A stretch of 63,998 nt of DNA, filler included, from Malassezia furfur (taxonomy: Eukaryota), in NCBI GenBank assembly GCA_052055015.1. It is 36 parts of 36 records of this genome, joined end to end, with 100 filler letters (N's around TTAATTAATTAA, not from the genome) between each part and the next. Parts side by side here need not be neighbours in the genome. Positions count along the whole stretch, not along the records: positions 10,989 to 12,701 come from JBQJIT010001068.1; positions 12,802 to 14,513 come from JBQJIT010001069.1; positions 14,614 to 16,321 come from JBQJIT010001070.1; positions 16,422 to 18,128 come from JBQJIT010001071.1; positions 18,229 to 19,934 come from JBQJIT010001072.1; positions 20,035 to 21,736 come from JBQJIT010001073.1; positions 21,837 to 23,536 come from JBQJIT010001074.1; 29 more parts are not named here. One strand, 5' to 3'. Below, in pieces: positions 10,989-23,636 of the stretch. The notes below the pieces were generated by a model. It searched no databases and was not told where the DNA came from. It saw only the letters and a program-made list of their open reading frames with translations. A program made the translations under genes and the position numbers. Numbering within the stretch: the stretch's first letter is position 1; the number at the start of each line of letters is the position of its first letter.

Positions 10989-12701
10989 GCCGCCGGTGCC
11001 GCCCGCGCAGCTGCTGCACGTGCTGCGTGCGGCGCTGGCCGTCGGCGCGATCGGTGCCGTGCGCCCGGTGCTCGTGGAGCACGCGTGGGTGTTTGGCGCG
11101 TGCCCGGCGCTGACCGCCGTGTACCTGCGCGTGGTGCGGCACATGCTGGCGCCCGCGTACCAGGCGCATTCGCTGGCGCACCGCGCGCCGGGCACCGCGC
11201 TCGGGCGCCTGCTGCCTGCGCGCGGCGCCGCCGGCGCGCCCGCGCTGCAGCTCACGCTGTACGCGCCCGAGCCGCGTGCGAGTGTGCGCGAGCGCTTTGT
11301 GTACTTTGTGGGCGACTGGGCGCGTGAGGTCGTGGTGTGCGCCGATGCGGCGGCGGTCGTGCGCGAGGCACTTCCCTTCCTGGCGCCCGTCGGCCCCCAG
11401 CTCGGGCAGGACGTGGTGCTGGTGCAGCAGCTGTGTCGCCTGGGAACCGCGGCGTGGCGCGACGCGCCCGAGGCGTGGCTTGCGCTGGTGCGGGCGCAGC
11501 TGCTGCCTGCCATCTCGGTGGCGGCATCCGATGCGGCGCTGCTGTACGAGGTGTGGGCGCTGCTGGAGCAGCTGCCGTACGCGGAGCGGTTCCGTGTGTG
11601 GGGCGAGTGGGAGCACCGCGCGTACAAGCGGCGCGAGCTGGCCTTCCGGCGCAAGGAGACCGAGCGCGAGGCGCGCGGCATCCTGCGCCGCGTGAGCGCT
11701 GACAATGTGCGGAGCAGCGGGCGGAGCCTGGCCAAGGCGTCGCACGCGAACCCCACCGTGTTCTTTGGGGTGGCGCTGCACCAGATCCAGTCGTACGACA
11801 ACCTGATTGAGCCGGTGGTCGATGCGGCCAAGTACCTGACGCCGCTCGAGTACGACGTCTTTACGTTTAGTTTGATCGAGGCGCTGAGCAACCCCGAAAA
11901 GGAGCGCACCAAGTCGGACGGGACGAACGCCAGCCTCTGGCTGAAGAGCCTCGCGGCGTTTGCGGGCGCCTTTTACAAAAAGTACCCCGCGATGGACTGC
12001 ACGCCGCTGGTGCAGTACCTCGTGAACCAGCTGCGGCGCAACCACGTCAAGGACCTCGTCGTCGTGTCCGAGCTCGTGCAGAAGATGGCGGGCATCGAGC
12101 CGATCGGCGAGCTGTCCGAGCCGCAGATCGCCGCGCTGTCGGGCGGCCCGCTGCTGCAGAGCGAGGCGGCGCTCACGCACATCCCCACGCCGCCGAATGC
12201 GGGGTCGGTGCCCACCGCGGTGCTGGTGGCACGCACCATGTACAAAAAGGGCGGCGCGCGCCTCCTGGCGACGCTCATGTCGAGCCATCTGGCGCTCCCG
12301 CTGCTGATCCTCATGGCGCAGCAGCGCCAGGCGTGTGTGTTTGTCGCGCCCGCCGACGAGGCGCACATCAAGTCGCTCGGCAGCACGCTGGACCACGTCC
12401 AAGAGACGCTCTTCCAGTACGTGCACTTTTGGGCCTCGACCGAGGGCGGCGCGGCGTATGCGGCGCACATGCTCCCGGCGCAGGACCTGCTCCGCCGCTT
12501 TGGCCTCGAGGCGGCGATTGCCTTTCACATTGCGCGGCCCAAGCTCGCGTACGAGGTCAAGGTACGTGGCGCACTGACCCAGACCACGCGGTATGATCCT
12601 GGCGCGCGCAAGAAGGACGAGCGGGCGGCGCCAGCCACGGACACGGCAGGCGGCGCACCGGCCGGCGACAGCGGCGCACCGGCCGGCGACAGCGGCGTAC
12701 C
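10989..12701 (+). CDS. THO2: THO complex subunit 2 (Tho2/Rlr1), internal fragment; probable in-frame intron 12562-12582
   Basis: LPYAERFRVWGEW, ILRRVSADNV, QIQSYDNLIEPVVDAAKYLTPLEYDV, KSDGTNASLWLKSLAAF. Confidence 0.93.
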
Positions 12702-12802
12702 NNNNNNNNNNNNNNNNNNNNNNNNNNNNNNNNNNNNNNNNNNNNTTAATTAATTAANNNNNNNNNNNNNNNNNNNNNNNNNNNNNNNNNNNNNNNNNNN
12801 NA

Positions 12803-12907
12803 AGGTCCGCGCCGCCCGCACGCACCGCGGACCTTGCGTCGCTCGTGTCGTCCGTCAAGCGGCACGGCGCACCGAGCGACCGCCGCGCCAAGCGCGCCCG
12901 CTCATAG
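12803..12907 (+). CDS. 3' tail of a gene, possibly pre-rRNA processing factor Esf1
   Basis: ...DLASLVSSVKRHGAPSDRRAKRARS* resembles the Esf1 C-terminal LxxLVxSVKRK motif; stop is 12 nt from the convergent PP2C stop. Confidence 0.35.
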   Translation, partial: RSAPPARTADLASLVSSVKRHGAPSDRRAKRARS

Positions 12908-12919
12908 TCTCCCTCGTAT

Positions 12920-14360
12920 CTACTTGCGCCTATCGCGGTACAGATCCACCTTGCTGAGCCGCTCCTTGCGCCGCCCATGCGTCGAGTCCTCGTTGTTCGC
13001 CTTGCCCCACCCCGCCAGCGGCACACACACCACCGTCGCATTGTCGACCGCGCCGAGGTTCTCCGCGTAGCGCAGCACGCGCTTCGCGGCCTCCTGCGGG
13101 TGCGCCGCGCCGCAGCACAGGTCCACGATCTCCTGGTCGCTCGCGACGTCGCTGATCCCGTCGCTGAAGCCCACGACAAACGCCACGTCCGTGCCGCGCA
13201 GCAGGTGCGTCGACACGTCCGGCTCGGGCGTCACGCCGAACCGCTTCGCGTCCGCGTCGCCAAACGCGCGCGTGTTGGCCAGCGTGCCCATCCACCGGTT
13301 CTCGCCGAACGAGTCGGTCACGACGCCCGCGCCCAGCCGGCTCAGCCGCTCGGCCTCCGCCGGGTCGTCGGGGTGGTGGTAGGTGGTCAGCGGCACGGCG
13401 CGCCCGTCCTGGACGGGGCACAGCACGAACCGCGTGTCGCCCAGGTGCACGGTGGTGAGCGAGACGTACTGGCTCGCGTACCACGGCGCCGCAGGCTTGT
13501 CGAGACTATGCACCAGCACCACACTCGCGGTGCTTCCCGCGCCTCGGTACGCCTCGTTCTGCTGGATCTCGCGGTCCATCTGCGTGAGCGCGCGGGCGAC
13601 GTACCATGAGCCACGCGAGCGTCGCGCGCTCCTTCAGCGTGAGCTCCTTGCCGTGCATCTCGTCGGGCGGCGCAATGCGCTCCGTATGCCGCACGCCCGG
13701 CGCCGTGTCGCTATCGAGCGCAACGTAGTGCTCCAGCGCGCGCTCGGGCGGTGCCGCGGAGCTCGCGGCGAGCGCCGAGAGCGACGCAAAGCGCTGTGTG
13801 GGTGCGTCGCGCTTCGGCGCGCGGCCCAGCCGGTCCTTGCGCACCCACCGCTCCAGCACACCGCCCGCGTACCGCCGGAAGTAGCCGCCGAGCGACCGCA
13901 TGTACCGCACCGTATCGGTGACCATGTCCGGCTCGGCCGCCTCGAACACGGCATGCAGCCGCTCGGCGAGGCGCTGCGACACGCTCGGGCCGCCGTGCCC
14001 GTCGAAGCACGCGAACCACACCACCTGCGCGCCCAAGTCGGGGCCGCCGGCCTCCATGCACGACCACCCGAACCACGGGTCGCGCGTCTGCCCGCGCGGC
14101 GTCGCGTCCACGATGCTCTGACGCAGCTGCTCGCACGGGAGCATCACGCACGCATACGACACCGCGTCTTCCTGCCGCGCACGCTCCCCACGGCTCGCCA
14201 GCGCACCAAACGTCTGCCCGGGCTTGAGCGGCACACGCGCACACGAGCCGCCGGGCGCACGTACACGCACGTACTCGTGGTACGCGTGCCGCTGCACCGA
14301 CGGGCCCGCGCGCGCGCGCGCAATGCGGGTCACACTACACCCACACGCCCGCAGCGCCAT
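12920..14360 (-). CDS. PP2C-family phosphatase, probably mitochondrial (Ptc6-like); intron 13580-13604; complete
   Basis: Arg-rich N-terminus MALRACGCSVTRIAR; RGERARQED, WFACFDGHGG, GSTA, HLGDTR, LANTRAFGD, FSDGISD, DNAT. Confidence 0.88.
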
Positions 14361-14613
14361 GATCGACCGAGCCACAAAAGGCGGGCACACCCAAAAAAAA
14401 AAAAAGCCGCACGGCCGCACCTCCACCTCTATGGCGTGTCGGTGCGCTCGCCGCGGCGGTACGGCGGCGTCACGTCGCCGTCCGCGTGCGCGCGCACGGG
14501 GCTATGGCGGGGGNNNNNNNNNNNNNNNNNNNNNNNNNNNNNNNNNNNNNNNNNNNNTTAATTAATTAANNNNNNNNNNNNNNNNNNNNNNNNNNNNNNN
14601 NNNNNNNNNNNNN

Positions 14614-16187
14614 CGCTGCAGCAGCGCCTCGCCGAGTCGATGCGCCGCCGCGCAGCAAAGCCCAAGGCGCGCACAGACGCCGCGCAAACCAAGGCGCCTG
14701 CCGAGCCCGAGGCCAAGGGCGAGGAGCGCAAGACGGAGACGGCGTCGGCGTCGGCCGCGCCGAAAGAGGCACAGACGGACGCCGAGGCGTCTACAACCGT
14801 CACCGAGCCCAGCCTCGTCGCACAAAAGGCCGCGGAAACGGCGGAGAGTGCGCAGGTGCCCGCGACGTCCGCCGAGTCTCAGGCCGAGACCAAGGAGGCC
14901 GAAAATCCTGCTGAGCCCGAGGAGACGGCGAGCCAACCAGTCGATGCCAAAGAGCCCACGACCGAGCCGGTCGATGCCACGGCAAAGCCGGATGGCGGTG
15001 CGGAAGCAAAAGAGGGAACGGAGACTGCCGGCGCGCAGAAACCGACCGTCGAGGCCGAGGGCAAGGAGCCGGCCGCTGAGGCTGCCGAAACAAAGCCGGC
15101 CGCTGAGGCCACAGAAGCAAAGGAGCCGGCCGTTGAGGCCGAGGCCAAAGGGCCGGCCGTTGAGGCCGAGATCAAAGAGCCCGTGGCCGAGGCCCACACA
15201 GACAAGCCGGCCATCAAGAACGAGGCGAAGGAGTCCGCGGTTGAGACCGCCAAAAAGGAGCCGGCAACCGCGGCCGAACCGCCTGCGGTGCACGAGGCTG
15301 GCGACGCGCCCACGGCCACCGACGACACGCCGGCCAGCTTGAGCGAGGCCGAGGCGACGGCAGGCTCGGAGCAGCCCGAGTCGCGCGATGCATCTGCGCC
15401 GTCGCCCAAGACCGAGGCGGCGGCAGCTGCTGCGAGTACGATGGGCGCTGCACCGACGGAGCCTGCCGAGGCGCCGGCGCAGAGCGAGTCGAAGGCAGAG
15501 GACACTGCGCGCGCCGCACCGGAAGTGGCTGATCCTGCAAAGGCAGAAGGGCCTCGTGCGCAGGAACCGGGCGAGGCCCCTACGGTGGAGGCCGAGGCGC
15601 CCATGGCAGAGGCCGAGGCCCCGGCGGCAGAGGCCGAGGCCCCTACGACAGAGGCAGAGCCCCCCACGGCGGAGGCCGAGGCTCCCATGGCGGCGGCCGA
15701 GGCCCCCACGACGGCGGCCGAGGCTCCCACGGCAGAGGCCAAGGCACCTACGGCGGCGGCCGAGGCTCCTATGGCGGCGGAAGAGGCTCCCACGGCAGAG
15801 GCCGAAGCTCCCGCAGTGGAGTCCGAAGCTCCCGCGGTGGAGTCCGAGGCCCCCACGGTGGGTGAGGCCTCTGTGACCGAGGCGGGCGGCGCGGCCGCTT
15901 CGCCCACCACCGATGCCCAGCCCACCGCTGAGACCAAGGCCCCCAGTACCGACACTGCGCCTGCCCAGGCTAGCCTGGATGCCGAGTCTGGAGCGGAGAT
16001 TGCGGCGACCACGGACGCCGAGCCCCGTGCCGCCGAGGCCCCATCGACCGAGAGCACGGCAGCGGGCCCGGACACGTCCAACGAGGCGGCGTCTGGGCCC
16101 GACGCCGAGGCCCCTGCGCCGGCGGCCGAGGCTTCTGCCGCGGTGGAGGCGGAGCGTTCCGAAGAGCCGGGCGCCTCCCCCCCATAG
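14614..16187 (+). CDS. Ala/Glu/Pro/Thr-rich low-complexity repeat protein, C-terminal part; function unknown
   Basis: 515-aa open frame with KEPAVEAEA and EAEAPTA repeats, ends TAG. Confidence 0.7.
15588..15860 (+). repeat. Coding tandem repeat, 13 x 21 nt (EAEAPxA heptapeptide)
   Basis: gaggccgaggcgcccatggca / gaggccgaggccccggcggca / ... / gagtccgaggcccccacggtg. Confidence 0.9.
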
Positions 16188-16421
16188 ACCAATGCGTAGC
16201 CACACGCCAGGGCGGCTACGGTGCGTTGCTAGTGTACATCTATACGTCGTCGATCCGCGCGGTCGCGGGATCGGGCGCCTTGCCGCCGCGCGCGTTCCCC
16301 CGCGCCGCGTGGCCGCCGCGGNNNNNNNNNNNNNNNNNNNNNNNNNNNNNNNNNNNNNNNNNNNNTTAATTAATTAANNNNNNNNNNNNNNNNNNNNNNN
16401 NNNNNNNNNNNNNNNNNNNNN

Positions 16422-17116
16422 GCTGGGGCGCATTCTTCCGCCCGCACGCCGCGCCGCTGCCGCGCGCGCTGCTGCCCGGCGCCGAGGAGCACGACGTGCT
16501 GGTCACGTCGGCGCCCGCGCGCGCCGCCAAGGGGAGCGGTGCGCGCGGCGCGGCGGCGCTGCGTCGGCTGCACCTGCCCGCGTCGCTCGTGCCGTCGTTC
16601 TTGGACTGCGCCGCGGCGAACACCGCGGCGGACCGCGAGACGTGTGGCCTGCTGCTGGGCCGCGAGGTGGACGGTGCGCTGCACGTCACGGACCTTGTGG
16701 TGCCGCCGCAGACGGGCACGAGCGACAGCTGCACGGCGACGAGCGAGGAAGAGGTCACGGCGCTGCAGCTGTCCGAGGACCTGTTGACGCTCGGGTGGAT
16801 CCACACGCACCCGTCGCAGAGCTGCTTCCTCTCGTCGCTGGACCTGCACACGCACGCGGGCTACCAGGCGCTGCTGCCCGAGGCGGTTGCGGTGGTGTGT
16901 GCGCCGCAGCACCGCCCGAGCCTCGGCGTGTTCCGGCTGACGGACCCGCCGGGGCTGCGCTACATCCTGCAGTGCACTGCGTCGGCGCCCTTCCACGCGC
17001 ACGTCGTGCCCGGCAAGAACAAGGAGCTGCCGCTGTACACGGACGCGACGAACGCGCATGTGCGCCTCGACCACGCGCGGCATGCGCCGCCGGTCCGCGT
17101 CCGGGATTTACGATAG
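16422..17116 (+). CDS. AMSH/STAMBP-like JAMM deubiquitinase, C-terminal domain
   Basis: ETCGLLLG, PPQTGTSDSC, LGWIHTHPSQSCFLSSLDLHTHAGYQALLPEAVAVVCAP, GVFRLTDPPG. Confidence 0.92.
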
Positions 17117-17135
17117 TATGTACAGATACCCACGC

Positions 17136-18128
17136 CTAGTTGGCCCGGCGCAGCCACGCCTCGTAGCACGCGCGGTCGCACGGCGCGCCGTCCGGGCCGC
17201 GGTACACCTCGGCGTCGTGCAGCGGCGCGTGGCACCGCGTGCACACGAAGCACGCGGGGTGCCAGTCGGCGCGCAGCGCATGCACCACCTCGTCGTCGAT
17301 GGGCCCGTGGCACGCCTGGCACTTGGGCCGGTGCAGCCGCGTGTGGCACTGGGTCAGCTTCGCAACGACGTACCGCGTCGCAGTAGGGGTGTGCGCCGTG
17401 CACAAAGAACGGCTTGCCGCCCTCGGTGGCGCTCGGCGCGGCCTCCGCGCCCGGGCTCGGCGCGTCGCGCGGCTCAAAGAACGGGTCGCCGCACCCCGCA
17501 CAGAAAAAGTGCAGCTCGTGGTACGAGCGCTGGCCCAGCCGCGCGTCGTCGATCGTCACGAAGCGCTCGTCGATGATGGGCGTCTCGCAGTAGAAGCAGC
17601 GCCGCGCAAAGCGCTCGTGGTAGTCCAGGTGGCAGTACGGCCGCCCGTCGTGCGCGTAGAACGATACATGCTCCAGTGGCGTCGCACACGCCGCACACAC
17701 AAAGCACCGCGCGTGCCACGCCGCGTCCATCGCATGCACCAGCGGGCCCACAATCCCGCGCTGGCACCCCGCACACGCCACCGACGACGTAAGCGACACG
17801 TCGCTCGCATCCTCGGCGTCGTACGGCACCTCGCCCCCGGTGCGCGCGCGCGCCGCATGCTGCGGCAGCGCCGCCGCCGACGCGTCAAACGACACCGTCG
17901 CGTCGCCGACCTCCGCCGCAGGGTCCATCAACGCGTCGGTCAGCTCCTCGCCCTCGATCAGCAGCAGCGGCACGGGCGGCCCCCCGGGCACCGCCGGCAC
18001 CATCTCGTACGGACGCACGCTGCGCACGGGCGACGGCGTGCGCGCAATGCGCGGCACACGGCCCTCGGGCGTGCGGCTGCGCGTCGGCGTCTCGGGCCGC
18101 GCAGGCGCACCGAGCGTCCCCGGCGGCG
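17136..18128 (-). CDS. Paxillin-like LIM-domain protein, C-terminal LIMs; intron 17349-17373
   Basis: CAGC...WHARCFVCAAC...YCHLDYH; CFYC...YHELHFFCAGC...YCDA|CH; CQAC...WHPACFVCTRC...CDRAC. Confidence 0.88.
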
Positions 18129-18302
18129 NNNNNNNNNNNNNNNNNNNNNNNNNNNNNNNNNNNNNNNNNNNNTTAATTAATTAANNNNNNNNNNNNNNNN
18201 NNNNNNNNNNNNNNNNNNNNNNNNNNNNGGGGGAGGCACACCTCCACGTGCCTCCACGCGACACGACGCGCCGCGCGTGCCGCTTTCGCGCGCCCGTCTT
18301 CG

Positions 18303-19934
18303 ATGAGCACGAACCGGCTGCAGCGCACGCACCGCTCGACCAAGATCCCCAATGCGAAGCTGCGGCCGGTGCCGGTGGCGCGCGGCGTGTCGGAGCGGGC
18401 GGCGGCCGACGCCGAGGACGACGCGCACTTCCAGCGCATCCGCAACCACGGCGCGACCGCCGGCGCCCACGCGCCGGCCGACTTTGCCGCGTCGCGCCCG
18501 CTGCGCGGCACCGTGCTGAGCATCACGGGCATTATGGACGATAAGCGCGAGCTGATCGACATTGCCGAGGCGCTCGGCGCATCAGTGCATCGCAACCTCA
18601 CAAGCGACGTCACGCACCTCGTCGCGCGGCAGCCCGGCTCCGAAAAGTACCGCTGCGCCGTGCGCTGCGGCATGCACGTCGTGCGCCCCGAGTGGCTGCA
18701 CGCCGTGCGCGAGGCCTGGCTCGCGGGCGACGATGTCGTCGATACAGCACATCTCACCGACGAGCACCGCCTCGGCGCGCTCGAGGGCCTCTGCGTCGCG
18801 ATGAGCGGCGTCGACGACGCGACGCGCACGCGCCTCTCTGCGCGCATCGTCGAGCACGGCGGGAGCGTCGTGCCCCGCCTGACCCTCGACGGCTCGCTCA
18901 CGCATCTCGTGTGCGGGCCCGACGACGGACGCGTGCGCAAGAGCTACACGCGCGTCGTCGAACACCAGGCACTCGCGCGGCACTACACGCCCGACGCCCT
19001 GCCACCTGCTGTGCGCGCCGCCGCCGCCATCCGCCTCGTGCATGCGGCGTGGGTCGACGACTGCTGCGACGCGCACGTCCTCCTGAGCGAGGACGAGTAC
19101 GATGCACGCGCACCGCTCGCGCCGCGCCCCGTGCGCACCGCGCGAGTGCTGCCTGCCATAGAGCGCACGGCGAGCGCGCCGACGGCGCCCACCGCGCCCA
19201 TGGGGCCCGCGCCGCCCGCACCCGCCAAGGACGTCGCGCGTCTCGTCGCACGCGTCCACTCGGACACGCACGCACCGACGCCGCCGCCTGCCGCCGCGGC
19301 GCCGACCGCGGGCCTCTTGGGTCTGTCGCGCGCGGCGCGCTTTGCGCACGACGCCCCGCGGCTGTTCCGCACGTATGCGTTCCACGTCGCCATGCACGAC
19401 GACGCACGCACTCGCCGCGTCGCGGGCGTCGTCCGCGCGCACGGCGGCACGCTCGTCGACGCCGCACACGCGACCTACCTCGTGCGCCCGCTGTGTGCGC
19501 CGCCCGAGCCGGCACCCGTGCAAGGGACGCGCGTCACGCACCACTGGATCGAGCTGTGTCTGTTTTACGACCGGCTCGTGGACCCCGCGGCGCACCTCGC
19601 GTGCGTGCCGGCCACCGCGCCGATGCCCGTGCGCGGCGCCGAGCGCGTGCGCGTCAGTTTCACGGGCGTCGACCGCCAGGGGCCCGAGTACCACCACGCC
19701 GTCGCGGCGATCGAGGCCGCTGGCGCACGTGTCGAAGACGCGTTCAGCCGCGCGCACACGACGCACCTCGTGTGTGTCGGCGACGCACGCACGAACGTCA
19801 AGGCGCAAAAGGCGCGCGAGTGGGGCGTGCCCGTTGTGGGGTATGCGTTTCTCCAGGCGATGCTACGGGGAGAGATCGGGGCGGAGGCCGAGGGCAGCGC
19901 GCCGCGAGAGGCGGCGAGCGCGCCGCGTGCCGAC
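18303..19934 (+). CDS. Multi-BRCT checkpoint/replication scaffold (Rad4/Cut5/Dpb11/TopBP1-like); 3' truncated
   Basis: Four BRCT-like units: PLRGTVLSITG...VTHLVA...PEWL; LEGLCVAMSG...LTHLVC...WVDDC; THHWIELC; VSFTG...TTHLVC...KAREWGVPVV. Confidence 0.85.
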
Positions 19935-20226
19935 NNNNNNNNNNNNNNNNNNNNNNNNNNNNNNNNNNNNNNNNNNNNTTAATTAATTAANNNNNNNNNN
20001 NNNNNNNNNNNNNNNNNNNNNNNNNNNNNNNNNNGTGCGGTCCAAGGGCGATGGAAGCGGCTCGTGGCGTTCCGCATGCAGCCGTCTTCGCAGCACGTGA
20101 CCCTTCGGCCGAGCACGCGACGCGGTGCAGGGCGGCGTCGGCCGCGGCACAGGGGCGCTAGCGGCGCGCACGCGAAACCCTTGATCGCCGTCGGCGGAGT
20201 ACGCGTTTGGCACTTTGCGGAGAACG

Positions 20227-21736
20227 ATGCACGGCCCGGTGCGGCCGCGAGGCGCACTCACACCCCACGCGGGCCTGTCGGACCCCCTAATAGCCACACC
20301 CGCAGGCGCCGTCGGGTCGCAGCGGGTCGCGTGCGAGATTACCGGCCGCGAGCTGCTGCAGCGCATCCAGCACGCCGATCCGTGGGTCGTGCCAGGCGCC
20401 ACCCCTGCGCCCGGCTGGGTACCAGCACCCACGAGCAATACACACGCAAGGCGCGATGGGCCACCAATGGGCGCCGCGACAATCCCGCGCTTTGTCGCGC
20501 ACGACGACTCGCCCGTACTCATCTTGGATACCCGCCCATCGCACATCTTTGCCGGCTACAACTCAAACCATTCCGGCACAGATACGGACGCCTCCGTGAC
20601 CGCGGGCCACCTGCGTGGCTCGATCAACTTGCAGGTACCGACGCTGCTCCTGCGCCGCACGCGGCGCCTGCTGGGCGGCAGCCCAGCGGCGCTGCCGAAC
20701 GACTTTTCCCTGGCGGCCTACATCAATACCGCGGCGGGTGCCGAGCGCCTCGAGCAGGTGCGCACGCGGCGGTACGCGCAGCTCGGCGAACATATCGTGC
20801 AGCATCCGCACTTTGACGCATTGTTCGACGTATACTGGTTCATGGACGTCGTCGTGCACTTTGAGGAGAGCGACGCGACGCCGGCGGCTGCCGCCCAGCG
20901 CCCAGATAGCTCGAGTTATGCGGGGCACATGCTCCTGCAGCTCCTCGAGGCGCTCCAAGAATCACGCGCCGAGCTCGCACGCAACGACGCGCTGCTCCTC
21001 GATGAGCGCCGCGGGCTCTTTTATGTCCGCGGCGGTTTGCACGCCGTGCGCCAGACCGAGGGGAGCGCCGCCTTCTTTTCGTCAACCGCGCATGCCGACT
21101 CACACGCGACGCCCGAGGTGCCCTCGTCACCACGGAGTGCACCGCCGTACGTGTCATCGAGCGTGCCGCCCTTGCGGCGGCCCAAGCCGCTGTCACTGCC
21201 CGACGCCGCGCTCGACGCACGCCGCGGGAGTCGGCCGTCACTGCCGCGTCTCGATACGCGCCTGAGCGAGCCGGTGGCGCCGCGCGCCGAAAGCGCTGCG
21301 CCTCGGCACTCGCTGCGCCCGCTCGACCTCACGAGCGTCGCGCCCGACACTGCGCCGCTTTCGGCGCGGTGTGGCGGCGCAATGTGCGGCACGCCGCCGA
21401 CCGCGCGCGGGAGCGACGCCGAATTTGTGGTGTCGACCGTGATCCCCGGCTTCCTCTACTTTGGCCCCAACATCACGTGTTCCACCGACGTCGAGACGCT
21501 GCGTGCGCTCGGGGTGCAGGCCGTGCTGAACACGGCGGTCGAGATCGATGATGGGGGCGCCGAGGAGCTGGCGCTGCGCACGCACTTTGCCAAGTACCTG
21601 CGCATTCCGCTGCGCGACGTCGTCGAGCAGCCCCACGTGCAACAGAGCCTCGCACAGGCGTGCGACTTCCTCGACCGCGCGTGGCTCTACTCGTGCCCGA
21701 CGTACGTGCACTGCCGCGCGGGCAAGTCGCGCTCGG
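20227..21736 (+). CDS. MAPK-phosphatase-like dual-specificity phosphatase with N-terminal rhodanese-like domain; 3' truncated
   Basis: ILDTRP...GHLRGSINLQVPTLLLRR; VIPGFLYFG, LRIPLRD, catalytic VHCRAGKSRS. Confidence 0.87.
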
Positions 21737-21836
21737 NNNNNNNNNNNNNNNNNNNNNNNNNNNNNNNNNNNNNNNNNNNNTTAATTAATTAANNNNNNNN
21801 NNNNNNNNNNNNNNNNNNNNNNNNNNNNNNNNNNNN

Positions 21837-23517
21837 CCGGCGGCGCGCGCACGGGCTCCGTGGGCGTCGAGGGCGTGGGGGTCGGCTGCTGCAGCTCCGC
21901 GACCTTGGCGCGCAGGGCGCCCATCTCGGCGCGGTAGCGCACGAGCAGCGCCTGTGTCTCGGCGCTTGGGGTGCCAACGAGCAGCGACAAGTCGCCGTCA
22001 AACTCGTTCGGCTCGGCACGTACCGCGACCTTTTTGATGCGGCGCGCAAAGTTGAGTGTGCCGAGCGACTCTTCGACCATGTCGGGGTTGGGGTTGAGCG
22101 TGCACACCACCGCGATGCGTGCGTTGCCGTTCAGGCTGTTTTGCAGGATCCGCGTGAGCTTGGAGTCGCGGAACGGCACGTGGATCGCGTGTGAGCGCGG
22201 CGCGCGCTCGTGGCGCTCGGCGGCGCTCCGCTCCGACAGCGCATAGATCACCTTGCCGAGCGACAGCAGGCTCTTGTTGATGTTGGCGCCCTCGGTGCGC
22301 CGGCTTGCGCCCCACGTGTGCCGCTCGCTGCCTGCGAGGTCGATGAGCGACAGTTCGCTGATGCGGTAGTGCCGCCCGACGTGCTCGGCGTCGGTCGCCG
22401 AGGTGCGCTCCCACGACTCCACGGTCACTTTGAAGCACGTGTGGCTCCGCGAGGAGCGCTCGTTCCAGTCGGTCGCGCCGACATGCCGGTTCGCCTCGCC
22501 ACGCGCAAGCAGCGCAAATACCTGGCTCGGCGAGGTGACTACCTCTTCCTGGAGCGGCGCGACAAACACGGCATTAGCGCCGCGCCGCCGGTCGTCGCGC
22601 ACCTGCGGCTGGCTGCTGGGGTCGAGCAGGTCGCGCACGATCTCGTTCCAGATCTCCAGGTAGCTTACGCGCACGAGGTACTCGCGCTCGGCGGAGCCCT
22701 GACAGATGCCCTGGAACACGTCGCAGACCGCGCGCGGGATGATGCCGGGCTCGGTGCCGTGCTCGCCGCCGCTCAGCGTAAACGTCTTGCCGCTCGCCGT
22801 CTGGCCATAGGCAAACACCACGGCATTGTAGCCCCGCAGCACGCTCTTGACCAGCGGCCGTGCCAGCGTCGTGTACACGTCCGCATTCGAGCTGCCCGTA
22901 TGTACACCGTCAAACTGGTACGGCACGCCCACGTTCGGCTGCACCTTTTGCGCGGCGATCGCAGGGTCCAACATGACCGTCGCCGTGTCAGGGGTGGTGA
23001 TCCATGCACACGCTTCGTCTTCGTACGTCGGGCGTAGGCTGGGTAAGTGGGTGCAGACGTACCGTACGTGCACAAGAACCGAGTCGCTCCCATCGGCGCC
23101 CGCGTCGACTTCGTCGTCGTCCAGCAAGAAGGACGACTCGCCGAGCTCCTCGGCAACAGCGTCCACATCGACGCGCTCCGCCGCCTGCGGCAGGGCGCGC
23201 GGCGCAAGTGCCGCCGGGGGCACCGCGCGCGTGGGCGACGCAGTGACCAGCGCCGTCGGCGCACGGCTGGGGCCAGCGGCCGGCGCAGCGAACGGCGCCT
23301 CGCGCCTGGTCCGCCGCGGCACCCCGTCGGTGATCTTGGCACGCAGTGGCCGGGGCGCCGTAGACAGCGGCGTGCTGCGCTCGGGGGAGGCCGTGCGCAC
23401 CCGCGGCGCTTCACTGCGCTCGCCGGAAACCATGCGCACCGGGGACCGCGCCACGGTCGCCATCGACGTGCCAGGCCGCGGCGGCGCGGTGCCCAGCGCC
23501 GACCGTGTCGGTGACAT
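21837..23517 (-). CDS. Kinesin motor, kinesin-7/Kip2/Tea2-like; in-frame intron 23039-23062; 3' truncated
   Basis: VHVR|LRP after splicing, FAYGQTASGKT, SYLEIWNE, TDWNERSSRSH, LIDLAGSE, HVPFRDSKLTRILQ. Confidence 0.93.
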
Positions 23518-23636
23518 GGCCGTCGCCGGCCGTGGGNNNNNNNNNNNNNNNNNNNNNNNNNNNNNNNNNNNNNNNNNNNNTTAATTAATTAANNNNNNNN
23601 NNNNNNNNNNNNNNNNNNNNNNNNNNNNNNNNNNNN

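Noticed and set aside
13506..13614. Programmed frameshifts or pseudogenes in PP2C, LIM, IST1, RFC3 and NTA1
   Set aside because: Each frame change coincides with a GT...CTNAC..AG micro-intron of the length needed to restore the frame
14393..14405. A13 tract as a retrotransposed poly(A) tail
   Set aside because: No target-site duplication or element; it sits just upstream of the PP2C ATG and fits a promoter poly(dA:dT) tract
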